35,964 nt of DNA from a virus, in IMG/VR virus record IMGVR_UViG_3300029953_000095, positions 1 through 35,964 of that record, one strand, 5' to 3'. Below, in pieces: positions 11,997 to 20,917 of the stretch (position 1 is its first letter; every line of letters begins with the position of its first letter). The notes under the pieces are model-generated. The model was not told where the DNA came from. It saw only the letters and a program-made list of their open reading frames with translations, and ran no database searches. Both the position numbers and the translations under genes were made by a program.

Positions 11997-12211
11997 ACAG
12001 GCATATCTGTGAATTCTGCTCAGTGGTTATCCCAAATAGGGTTTACATGTGGATCGGTCGTAAAAGCTTTTGCTCTAGAACGTGTGCAGTTAAATTGGGG
12101 TCAATGCAATATGAAATTAAACCCATTTCTCGCACCAAACGAAAGGACCGAAAGAACGAACAGGTGACGTTTGTTCGAGATATGCCTCGTGGAGATTTTA
12201 AGAGGGATTAA
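11993..12211 (+). CDS. Zinc-ribbon-like small protein (72 aa)
   Basis: CEFC...x19...CSRTC cysteine pairs. ATGA overlap with the upstream gene. Confidence 0.5.
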   Translation: MNRHICEFCSVVIPNRVYMWIGRKSFCSRTCAVKLGSMQYEIKPISRTKRKDRKNEQVTFVRDMPRGDFKRD

Positions 12212-12339
12212 GAATAAAAAAGGAGGGTAAGGATGTGAAAAAGTTCGAATTGGTTTTAACGGATATGATGCACACTGGTTGAAGTTGTGGCATTGTTGAA
12301 CAGTAAAAATAAGGCGAAAGCTAAATCGCATTTGTTTGG

Positions 12340-12603
12340 ATGTTTAAAATGAGTGAGAAGATTAGGTGTTTAAAGTGTGGACTTTCTTGCAATCTTAACA
12401 AACATAGTATGCATCTAGCTTGCAGACAAGTTGCCAGGACGTGCTCTTGTGGTAAACCATATTTAGGTGGTCCATCTTCTGACTGCTGTACTTCATGCCG
12501 CAAAGTTCGCGCTAGACGCAATCACAGACATAGAAATAGTCCGGCTTATGGGACTGGCATAACCGAAAATAGGCCGTTGAGATTTGTTGGCGGAAGTAAA
12601 TGA
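12340..12603 (+). CDS. Cys-rich basic small protein (87 aa), last gene of the plus arm
   Basis: CLKCGLSC...C...CSCG...CCTSCRK followed by an Arg/His-rich tail. The SD is weak. Confidence 0.45.
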   Translation: MFKMSEKIRCLKCGLSCNLNKHSMHLACRQVARTCSCGKPYLGGPSSDCCTSCRKVRARRNHRHRNSPAYGTGITENRPLRFVGGSK

Positions 12604-12649
12604 ACCATCTTTGACCTTGAAGCCACAACTTTCAATTCCAACTCTTTTG

Positions 12650-12683
12650 AGCAGGATGCGAACGCTATCCCGACACGTCCCTA
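12650..12683 (+). repeat. 34-nt direct repeat, copy 2 (partner at 9614..9647)
   Basis: See copy 1. Lies in the convergent gap between the two arms. Confidence 0.85.
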
Positions 12684-12785
12684 AATTTCCGCCAATACCG
12701 ATTTCATTGCCTTTTCTCCATCAAGTGAGCGAAAAATTATAGGATTATTGGTTGGGTTAAAAGAACAATGTAATAGCCCAGGTCG

Positions 12786-13322
12786 TTAGATTTCATTCCA
12801 AATTAGCTCACTGGCGCACGTGATTCCGGTACCAACACTCATCTGACAGGTAATAAGGACAGCGTATCCTGGATCAATTATTGTAATAGAGCAGTTCTCT
12901 GCTTCATCTTGTGTTGTAGAAATCAGTGTTGAACGATACGTGCCATTGCTGGATACGGAAAACTGCCCAGGACCATATATTGCCGCCACGCTTGAATTTG
13001 TAGAAGACAGCCTAGAATTAATTACTGGAGTCTCAATACCGGTACTAGTAATAAGTGGACTATCATAATATCTAAATATTGCCGATGCTCCACTAGTTAA
13101 ACAAGAAAGTCTTCTTGATAAGATAAACAGCCCTCTGCCATTGGGAAATGCACTGTTTACAAGAGAAGGGTTGCTGATTAAATAGATAGGCGTTTCTGCA
13201 ATATTTGTATAGTTAGCACTAACTGCCAGCTTAAATTGCTGCCCGAGATATGCCTGCAGGTCAAATCTATCTAGAATCGAGCGTTGTGGTACTTGATTGC
13301 TAGTTGCTTTGGTTTGGCTCAT
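12786..13322 (-). CDS. Hypothetical beta-rich protein (178 aa), last gene of the late arm
   Basis: AAAGGAAA RBS. Ser/Thr/Asn-rich composition like the neighbouring fibre genes. Confidence 0.6.
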   Translation of the reverse strand: MSQTKATSNQVPQRSILDRFDLQAYLGQQFKLAVSANYTNIAETPIYLISNPSLVNSAFPNGRGLFILSRRLSCLTSGASAIFRYYDSPLITSTGIETPVINSRLSSTNSSVAAIYGPGQFSVSSNGTYRSTLISTTQDEAENCSITIIDPGYAVLITCQMSVGTGITCASELIWNEI

Positions 13323-13347
13323 TTTATATTTCCTTTTTATATCTTAA

Positions 13348-13689
13348 TTAATGCAACACCTTTGTTAACAAATACTGAAGAATGGCTACAGTTACAGCCC
13401 CAAGGATAAATACTAATCCGCCCCAAATCGAATTAATCTTAAATGAATCAACCGTCTTTGATTCATCTTTAGGACAATTGGGACCATCAGTTGACCGTGT
13501 AAACGCCCGCCTAGGCTGTAGAAACTTCTCCGCCAGCATAGATAGCTGCTGCGATACTTCTCTTTGCCACTGGGCTTCCGTTGCAACATGAGCGGTGAAC
13601 GTTGTGTTTAATGACTTTAGTTCATCTCCCTGTCGCTTCAAATCTCCGAGAACATAGTTTTTCCATTCTGACCATCCATTGTCAGTCAT
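13348..13689 (-). CDS. C-tail-anchored membrane protein (113 aa from ATG 13689)
   Basis: The track start at 13716 is TTG. From ATG 13689 the protein is MTDNGWSEWKNY..., with a helical middle and one C-terminal TM segment IWGGLVFILGAVTVAILQYLL. Confidence 0.5.
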   Translation of the reverse strand: MTDNGWSEWKNYVLGDLKRQGDELKSLNTTFTAHVATEAQWQREVSQQLSMLAEKFLQPRRAFTRSTDGPNCPKDESKTVDSFKINSIWGGLVFILGAVTVAILQYLLTKVLH

Positions 13690-13734
13690 ATAACCCTTTA
13701 GTGTTGCCCAAAACAAAAAACATTTGCCGTAAAG

Positions 13735-15573
13735 CTAGTGCAGTCCCATACAGATCAGATTAAATGTGGCGTTTGCGAGTGCGGGCACCGTTGAATAGGT
13801 TTGAACCTCTACCGAAGTGGAGGACGCTGACGGGACCAGGGCCAAGTATGCCCCGCTCTGAGAAGACGCCACGCACATTGGGGTTCCAGAGAATTCTGCC
13901 GATGCAATGGCTCCGGTTACGGTGCCGGCTGCGCTACAGGAAACTCCCGTAAGCCATGATCCGGTCTGAGAGGTAATCGAGCAAGTCGAGCTCGCCGTTT
14001 GAGCAATTGTCGCACTCTCAACGTGATACTGCCCCGCCCCGCTACTCGTCACGCTTCCGGTGAGATAGGGCGCGGGCATCGGAGCGTCTAATTCAACAAC
14101 CGAAATAGAAGTTAGGTCGAACGTAGCCGCTCCGCTTCCAACTATGCGACCGTAAGCCTGGAATGTCGCAGCCTGAGACGACGCGGTGTATGTTCCGCAG
14201 GCCCCCATTGCGCTATAATAACCCCCGGTAGAACTAGTCTGTGCCTGTGCCCCTGTAATTTGATTTCCAGATCCATCGGCAAGTGCAACGAGTGTGCTTT
14301 GTCCGCTTGAACTGTTTTGCTGGTATCCGGAATAACAGACCAGGTAATTTCCGATTCTAGGAAGGGTGCAGTTAATTCCCAACAGAGTGCCAGATTGCGT
14401 GCAGGTAACGTTTCGACTCGCTATAACCGAAAGAGTTCCGGTCAGTGACGACGTGATAGATCCAAAACTAGTTGACGTTGTTGTCCCAGAATACGCAGCA
14501 GAATACGCGGTGGACATGGTTGCACTAGACGGAGTGACATCAGCTCGGTACCCTGTCTGCGAAGTTGTCGGGAAGTAAAAAACATTCAACGTCAGCGGAA
14601 CGTTTGAATTGATGATGTTAGCAGAACCGCCAGATATAACTTTTGCTTGGATCTGGATTGTGGCATTAGACAGGGCGCTGGATTCGTAGATTGCTCCGAC
14701 TACGTGGTTAACGTACACGATGGCCGACCCACCGCTGCCGCTGGTTAGTCCTTGACCGGACACGTTTGTTCCATCAGAATACTGGAAAACAGCCGAGTCT
14801 GCTGTTGTTGTATTTCCAAATTGACCTGACCCGACAATCTGGTACTCTCCAGGTCCGCCACTAATCTGAAATCCTGGAATCTGGGTTGAAGGCGCCGAAA
14901 CAGCCCCCGACGCTGTATACGTGCATCCAGTAACGGCAGAATAGTTTCCAAAACTAGTAGACGTTGTGGCCCAGTTTGAAGAACAGCCGCTAATGGTGAC
15001 AGATCCAACCCATTGCGCCTGGCTTACCTGAGAGGTGTTATTCGCCCTACCTAGATACACAAGACCGACATTCAGCGTTCCAGTTGAGCTAGTGCCGTTG
15101 GTTTGAAATATAATTCCCATCGTCCCAGACGACGGTCCAACGAAATTAGCAGTAATAGGCACCCATGTACCAGTTGCTGGGATTGAAACGCAATTAACAA
15201 CTGACCCACCAAGTAGCGCACACATTTGAAGCGTGGTCAGAGTTGTCTTGACCATGGCCTGAGCCATCATATTTACGCCATTAAACTGTGCGATATTCGG
15301 ATAAGTAGAAGACTGGACATACGCGCCATTGGTGCTTCCCGAGAACGTAAGCAGTGTGGACTGCTTTACGGTGTCTAGGTAATTTGTCGTGTCCTGGCTA
15401 ACCGTCATGTTAGATCCCTGCGTTCCCCATCCCTGTGAAACGGTGGCCCGGTTTGGAGCAGAGTTTACGAGCAGGTTACCCAGGCCCTCGGTAACGTCAC
15501 CCTTCACGCTGCTCGGCAACTGCGCGACGCTAACAGACGAAACAAATAGCAGTAAAAGTGATAACAATTTCAT
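13735..15573 (-). CDS. Fibre-like Ser/Thr/Gly-rich protein (612 aa) with N-terminal Sec-type signal peptide
   Basis: GGAGG lies 7 nt upstream of ATG 15573, one nt after the upstream stop. N-terminus MKLLSLLLLFVSSVSVA-QLPSS. The rest is beta-rich and low in charged residues. Confidence 0.7.
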   Translation of the reverse strand: MKLLSLLLLFVSSVSVAQLPSSVKGDVTEGLGNLLVNSAPNRATVSQGWGTQGSNMTVSQDTTNYLDTVKQSTLLTFSGSTNGAYVQSSTYPNIAQFNGVNMMAQAMVKTTLTTLQMCALLGGSVVNCVSIPATGTWVPITANFVGPSSGTMGIIFQTNGTSSTGTLNVGLVYLGRANNTSQVSQAQWVGSVTISGCSSNWATTSTSFGNYSAVTGCTYTASGAVSAPSTQIPGFQISGGPGEYQIVGSGQFGNTTTADSAVFQYSDGTNVSGQGLTSGSGGSAIVYVNHVVGAIYESSALSNATIQIQAKVISGGSANIINSNVPLTLNVFYFPTTSQTGYRADVTPSSATMSTAYSAAYSGTTTSTSFGSITSSLTGTLSVIASRNVTCTQSGTLLGINCTLPRIGNYLVCYSGYQQNSSSGQSTLVALADGSGNQITGAQAQTSSTGGYYSAMGACGTYTASSQAATFQAYGRIVGSGAATFDLTSISVVELDAPMPAPYLTGSVTSSGAGQYHVESATIAQTASSTCSITSQTGSWLTGVSCSAAGTVTGAIASAEFSGTPMCVASSQSGAYLALVPSASSTSVEVQTYSTVPALANATFNLICMGLH

Positions 15574-15574
15574 T

Positions 15575-18184
15575 TTAAGGCCTCCGCCCCGGCATTTCGC
15601 TCCACAAGCTACCATCCCAAATTAATGAGATTGCGCTGTGATTATAAAGAACCATAGTCCCATTTAAAGAAAGCCCGCTTCCGTCTGAAATGGATAGGCT
15701 GTTAGTGTCGCTACTACCGATTAGATAAAGGATCTGACCTACGACTGTTCCAGCACTAATCTGAGGATTTGCCGTTACTACGATAGGCCCACCCGATCCC
15801 TGAACCCATTGCGTTTGAAACGGAACAGCCGCCGTTGCAGTAACCCCACCGGAGGCACCAATGTTGGTCGGAGATCCAGCCGATCCCGTTACGGGATTAA
15901 CCTGAGACACCGCGATGCTTCCACTAATATCTGAGAATGCTGGTTGTGTGCTCGATGGACTCCCCACCGTACTAATCTGATTAATCCATTGATGCGCCGG
16001 AGACGTATAGCTAAGCACGCCACCTATAACGCTAGACGAAGGAAACGGGAGGTCTAACCCAGAAATTGCTCTAAACGAAGGCTGCCCCGCCGTTCCAGTT
16101 GGCGCAGCAAGGAAGGTACTAGCCGTTTCTGATTTGAAAGTCATTGTCAGCGTACCACTGCTAGTTACCGGGCTGTTTGTAATGGTATAGATTGGACTGG
16201 TACTAGCATCAGCAAGGCCAACGCTGGTCACGGCGCCAGACGGTGTTCCGCAATTGGCATTACCGCTTGCTGCAATGCCGGTTGCAAACTGTCCACCGGC
16301 GCACTGAGTAGGAAGTGCTGCTAGTGCGGTAGCCGTTGCTGCATTTCCTGTGGTGTTTGCGCTATTGTTTGGAATGTCAGACCCCGCGAGCGCACCCCAT
16401 GCCGGAGCAGCAGAAACAGAACCTGTTCCGGTTTGAGTTAGAAATTGCTTTGTCGCCGAAGTGTTCCCGGCCAAACTTGCAGCCGCTGGCGTGCTATTCT
16501 CAAAAATAATATCACCAAGCGTAGTCATTGGATTAGTAAATCCAGCCGGAACATTCGCCCAGCTTGCATTGGTGCCATTTGTGGTCAAGTAATTACCAGT
16601 CTGACCTGTCTGACTGGGCAGAATATTATTAAGTGCAGTCGTTGCATTTGCCACGTCAGAAAGATTGTTAGCCTTAGCCAAATCTAACGACGCATGCCCA
16701 GTGAGCGATCCAACAAATCCGCCAATTGCAGTAATAACATCAGCAGTAACGTTACCGAATGTTGGGTTGTAATAGGGAAGCGTCCACAAATCCAAAGTAG
16801 AAAGACTACCTCCAGCAACGCCATAATCGGCAACCCACAAGTACCCACCGATAGGATCAAAAGCAGCCCCGCCCATAACCGCATTAGCTACGCCGCTAGA
16901 ACGCGTTGAAATAAGAACAGGACTAGATCTATTTGAAATATCCACGTAGTCAATATAGCTTCCCGCTGATGTTCCGCTTCCACTCGGAACTACCATGAAG
17001 TTACCAGTAAAGGCTGGATACTGAAGGGCAACCGTACCACTGTTAAGGGCACCACTAGGAGTGAACACCGATAGGTTACTCATGCTGGCCGGACTTGTAA
17101 TGTCGATTAGGTCGATCGCATTAACGCCAGTAGCCGCGACACTTACAAAAGCGGTGTTTCCACTAATAGACACTCCGAGTGCTTCTCCCGCCGTTGTCAC
17201 CTGAAGACTCTGAATCAAAGAAGGAACTGCAAGTGTTCCTGCGCCTGTCAGCGCCCATGACTTAATCTGACGAGTAGCAAACCCAGAAGTTACGTACTGA
17301 GTCGTGTAAACGTAGTTACCATTTACAGCAACGCCGAAAGACTTAGCGCCACCTTCCTGATAACAGTTAACAGGCGCCGTAAAAGTTCCACCACACAGCC
17401 CACCGCCATAATCAACAACATCCAAACCAGTATTTTGGGTAGCAGCGTAATAATATCCATTTGCATAGACGCCATCGTAAACACTCCCGGGAGATCCTGG
17501 CATTGTGAAAGGAGACCCAGTCACAGCCACGGGAACCGAGTTGTTATTTACATTATAAACATACACTTTTCCAGTCGCACCGCTTGCTGGAATAAAAACG
17601 TAGTTGTTTCCGCTGACGTTAACGCACTGAACGTTATAACCACCGGCTGCTACAATCAGACCCTCTAAGACAGGGTTTACCTGATCCTTGATGTTATAAA
17701 TTGCAACCGTAGACGGGGACGCCTGGCCACCCACAACATAGGCGTGGTTATTACAGATAGCCACGTTCTCATATTTCAGCGTTCCCACCGGACCGGCTGT
17801 CTGGTTAATCAGCGCGAAGGGACTTAGAAATGGTTTTGACAGGTCAGGAACGACAAACGATCCACTTGCTGCCAAGAATGCACCGTCCGCGCCTTGGCCA
17901 GCGGCAGGAGCCGGAACAATTCCAGAGGTTCCGCCAGAGCCAGAATCTCCGCCGAATGCTGAAATTCCAAGAGCAGAGCTCGAGTAGGTTAGCGGACTTG
18001 AAACAGTCGTAGGACCAAACAAACCGCTGGCGTTTGTTGAAAGTAGCTCCGACGGTATCCCGGGCGCTATAATTGATCCGCTGTTTAAGAAAAGAGCGTT
18101 TGAGCCGTTCCAGATTACCACATCTCCGGCATTTGCAACGCCCGAGCACAGAAGGGCAAGCAAGATAAATTTATTGTAACGCAT
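15575..18184 (-). CDS. Tail fibre/spike-like protein (869 aa): signal-peptide-like N-terminus, LVIVD-like beta-propeller, fibre repeats
   Basis: N-terminus MRYNKFILLALLCSGVANA-GD. Repeats: VAIYNIKDQVNPV, LDVVDYGG, AIDLIDITSPASMS, YIDYVDISNRSSPV (LVIVD-type). C-terminal fibre motifs: KANNLSDVANATTALNNIL, TQCAGGQFATGIAASGNANCG. Confidence 0.7.
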   Translation of the reverse strand: MRYNKFILLALLCSGVANAGDVVIWNGSNALFLNSGSIIAPGIPSELLSTNASGLFGPTTVSSPLTYSSSALGISAFGGDSGSGGTSGIVPAPAAGQGADGAFLAASGSFVVPDLSKPFLSPFALINQTAGPVGTLKYENVAICNNHAYVVGGQASPSTVAIYNIKDQVNPVLEGLIVAAGGYNVQCVNVSGNNYVFIPASGATGKVYVYNVNNNSVPVAVTGSPFTMPGSPGSVYDGVYANGYYYAATQNTGLDVVDYGGGLCGGTFTAPVNCYQEGGAKSFGVAVNGNYVYTTQYVTSGFATRQIKSWALTGAGTLAVPSLIQSLQVTTAGEALGVSISGNTAFVSVAATGVNAIDLIDITSPASMSNLSVFTPSGALNSGTVALQYPAFTGNFMVVPSGSGTSAGSYIDYVDISNRSSPVLISTRSSGVANAVMGGAAFDPIGGYLWVADYGVAGGSLSTLDLWTLPYYNPTFGNVTADVITAIGGFVGSLTGHASLDLAKANNLSDVANATTALNNILPSQTGQTGNYLTTNGTNASWANVPAGFTNPMTTLGDIIFENSTPAAASLAGNTSATKQFLTQTGTGSVSAAPAWGALAGSDIPNNSANTTGNAATATALAALPTQCAGGQFATGIAASGNANCGTPSGAVTSVGLADASTSPIYTITNSPVTSSGTLTMTFKSETASTFLAAPTGTAGQPSFRAISGLDLPFPSSSVIGGVLSYTSPAHQWINQISTVGSPSSTQPAFSDISGSIAVSQVNPVTGSAGSPTNIGASGGVTATAAVPFQTQWVQGSGGPIVVTANPQISAGTVVGQILYLIGSSDTNSLSISDGSGLSLNGTMVLYNHSAISLIWDGSLWSEMPGRRP

Positions 18185-19055
18185 TTATATCAATCTCCCC
18201 TACTGAGGCGGTCGCAGAAATAGCCCTAATAGACACCCTGGTTCCCAGAGGGATAAGCACGGGCACCGGCCCATTTCCTCCAGGCACAACTAAAAACTGA
18301 GGAATTTCAGAACCCGAAGCACCAAACGCAATTTCTAGCGTTTGTCCGCTGGAATCAAAAATATACAAGTAATTGATAACCGCTGGCGTGCTTGCAATAA
18401 GCTGCACATATGCACCGGTTGTTACAGGAGTTGTGCTATATACGTTTCTTACAAATGTAACCGGAACATGACCGGATTCAGCAGAGCTAGAGCTAACGCT
18501 AACTGTTCCGCTAATTGTAAGCGTACCAATTAGGGCCTTATAAATTCCAGACAACCAACCAAGCAAACCTGCACCGCCAGCCGGCTCAGAAATTCCTGTC
18601 CCGGGCGTTCCTTGCGCTGTTGCAATTATAGCAAGGTTTCCACCGTTCTCTTGAGCGGCATTGGCAGGAAGCGGAAGCGATACTGCACTAATTGGCTGTG
18701 TGGTCTGAAAGAAAGTTCCCGTTACTGGAATTCCGCCTTGATCAGAAGCGATTACAATGGCTAAAGAGTTAGCCATTGTTTGCTGCCCCATAAAAGGCGC
18801 AACCAATAGTCCACCCTTATTTGCTCCCATTTGAGTTGCGCTTGTTGGAACCGCTACCCCAGTCGCACCAATGCTGTCATTAGACTCAACAACTGTCCCA
18901 GTAACCGGAAGCGGATTAGTAGAAGAAATCGGCTGAAGATTTCCGGATATGTCTACTGTACCTATCTCAGTTGAGTTTGCAGGAGCTGCAGATCCGTTAG
19001 ATCCCACGCTCGCATTACTACCACCACCAGAAGAAGGCCATGAATAACTTGTCAT
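18171..19055 (-). CDS. Tail-associated hypothetical protein (294 aa)
   Basis: ATGA overlap with the upstream gene. Gly/Ser/Thr-rich N-terminus and a beta-sandwich-like C-terminus (LYIFDSSGQTLEIAFGASGSE...GTRVSIRAISA). Confidence 0.6.
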   Translation of the reverse strand: MTSYSWPSSGGGSNASVGSNGSAAPANSTEIGTVDISGNLQPISSTNPLPVTGTVVESNDSIGATGVAVPTSATQMGANKGGLLVAPFMGQQTMANSLAIVIASDQGGIPVTGTFFQTTQPISAVSLPLPANAAQENGGNLAIIATAQGTPGTGISEPAGGAGLLGWLSGIYKALIGTLTISGTVSVSSSSAESGHVPVTFVRNVYSTTPVTTGAYVQLIASTPAVINYLYIFDSSGQTLEIAFGASGSEIPQFLVVPGGNGPVPVLIPLGTRVSIRAISATASVGEIDINALQ

Positions 19056-19519
19056 TGGTTGTTCGCCTTACATTGAGAATACGCTGTAATTGTCCCGCTG
19101 CCCGAACTGTTTGTATATTGAAACATTACGTATTGGCACGGAATGGCGTTAAGGCTAATAAAATAACCCCCGGCGATTCCGGATGGCTGTCCCAATGCCG
19201 GGCTAAATGTAAGCGGATAAAAGTTGATTCCAGAATTAGACACAAGAATCTGAATTGTCCCGGTGGGAGTTCCAGTCCATGTGATCTCAATTCCTTGGTT
19301 ATCAGTCTGTCTTACTCCAAGAATATTGCTATAAATGGTATTTGTTCCAGACATTACTCCAGCAAGCACACCGCTTTTTGGAGAGTTTCCAGCCGAATCC
19401 TGATTAGGACCTGGACCCGGAAGGAAGCCAAATGCCGGATTTGTTGATTGCCAATTGAATTGGCTAGGAAACTGCGCCTTACCCATATTGCACCCCAAAG
19501 CATGAGTTGGGAGGGACAT
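19052..19519 (-). CDS. Tail-associated hypothetical protein (155 aa)
   Basis: In the late operon. AGGAGG lies too close to ATG 19519, so ATG 19486 is an alternative start. Confidence 0.55.
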   Translation of the reverse strand: MSLPTHALGCNMGKAQFPSQFNWQSTNPAFGFLPGPGPNQDSAGNSPKSGVLAGVMSGTNTIYSNILGVRQTDNQGIEITWTGTPTGTIQILVSNSGINFYPLTFSPALGQPSGIAGGYFISLNAIPCQYVMFQYTNSSGSGTITAYSQCKANNQ

Positions 19520-19552
19520 ACCTCCTGCTACTTATGCGCCGGTGCTTCGGAT

Positions 19553-20683
19553 TTATTGCTTTTTATCTATCTGTCTTTCTTGCAGCGGAGTCTCATACAT
19601 CGAATCGGCTCGTTGAATTGTCTTTTGTGTTTGAGCGGTTACACCCTTGGCGCCCCTTTGTGGCTGCTGTTGTGATTGATTCGTTCCGTTTGCTGCAATA
19701 ATTTCCTGCATGGCCATTGGTGTTTGTGTGTAATTTAATGGCTGTCCCAAAAATGATCCAAGGCTTCTTTTCTGCTTTCTTGGAACATCGTTTCCTTCTG
19801 TTTTTGCATCAATTAAAGCGCCAGTAGCCTTTAGTTTCATTCGTTCTAGTAACTTAGGGTAAACGGCTTGCAGTGTCTGTAAATCGTCTGGATGGATCGT
19901 TCCATCTTTAATCTCATTATAAATTGTAGCAGGATTTTGAACCAAACGGGCCTGCCTTTTATATCTATTTTGCTGTAAGGCGGTGGGAGGAGTGATTTCG
20001 CTCATAGGATTGGTCTGCTGTGCTTTTGGCTTAATAGCATTAAGATGATTAATGGCCATTGCCGCCTTGTAAGAAAGCGCACCACCATGATCAGGCAGAA
20101 CGCTCCCAAGATCACCACCTATATTTAGCATATCGCCGTGGTTTTTATTTATAGACTCGATATGATCCAATAATGAATCAACATCAGAATTATCTAGGTC
20201 TACTTTGTGAGATTTGTCGAAAATATTTTTGCTGTGTTTTTCAATTATAGACCTACCGCTTGAACAATGGCCCAAGTGATCTTCGGAAATACGATTTGGA
20301 TCTTCTGATTTTGTATGTCCGGTTTTAGTCAATAAGTGTAGAAGCCCATGTGAAACAATAGAATGATCAATAGCCAGTTCTGGATTTAGATGGATTTCAT
20401 TATTTAATTCAATCTGTCCACCATCTGCATAGTGTTTACAGCCAGGACTGTGCTCTTGTCCAGACATGCAGAAATGAATCTCACCACCACGTGCAAGTGA
20501 ATATCCGCCTACATTACCGCTAGACATTTCCCCTTTTGTTCCAGGAGATCCGCACCTACAATTAGGATGAGATCTGCCATAGTTTTTGCATTGCGGATTC
20601 CTGCATACATAACTAGGCCAATGCAGGAGCGTCTTTTTGTTGCTTTTTACCCATGGAGTTTCTGGAGTCCACTCTAACGCCAT
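19553..20683 (-). CDS. Putative internal/ejection protein (376 aa), Cys/His-rich N-terminus
   Basis: CRNPQCKNYGRSHPNCRC and ARGG-EIHFCMSGQEHSPGCKH-YADGG motifs. Positioned as in a T7-like internal core gene cluster. Confidence 0.6.
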   Translation of the reverse strand: MALEWTPETPWVKSNKKTLLHWPSYVCRNPQCKNYGRSHPNCRCGSPGTKGEMSSGNVGGYSLARGGEIHFCMSGQEHSPGCKHYADGGQIELNNEIHLNPELAIDHSIVSHGLLHLLTKTGHTKSEDPNRISEDHLGHCSSGRSIIEKHSKNIFDKSHKVDLDNSDVDSLLDHIESINKNHGDMLNIGGDLGSVLPDHGGALSYKAAMAINHLNAIKPKAQQTNPMSEITPPTALQQNRYKRQARLVQNPATIYNEIKDGTIHPDDLQTLQAVYPKLLERMKLKATGALIDAKTEGNDVPRKQKRSLGSFLGQPLNYTQTPMAMQEIIAANGTNQSQQQPQRGAKGVTAQTQKTIQRADSMYETPLQERQIDKKQ

Positions 20684-20877
20684 TTATGGCCCTTCTGGAT
20701 ATGGGTAGCCGGCATTATTTCTGAACACCTATTTGCATAGGCCGCACTGTGCATAACCGTATCCTCTACAAAACACCACACTAAACCAAAGACAAAAGAA
20801 CCTATAAAAATAAATCCGTAAAAATAAATAATACATTTTAAAATCGTCTTAATTGCGCTCATAATTTTAATATCCAA
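20674..20877 (-). CDS. Small membrane protein (62-67 aa)
   Basis: TM segment IIYFYGFIFIGSFVFGLVWCF. The track start at 20877 is TTG; ATG 20862 (MSAIK) is an alternative. Overlaps the downstream start by 10 nt. Confidence 0.4.
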   Translation of the reverse strand: MDIKIMSAIKTILKCIIYFYGFIFIGSFVFGLVWCFVEDTVMHSAAYANRCSEIMPATHIQKGHKWR

Positions 20878-20917
20878 CCCCTCTGAACGCGCAACCTACA
20901 CCCCCAGACGCACACAG

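Noticed and set aside
12223-12282. Very strong SD (AAAGGAGGG) followed by ATG-TGA, or a 15-codon GTG ORF, in the 12212-12339 gap; a leader peptide or start-stop regulator was considered
   Set aside because: The ORF is too short to evaluate, and no attenuator structure is evident downstream. It is noted only as a possible start-stop element.
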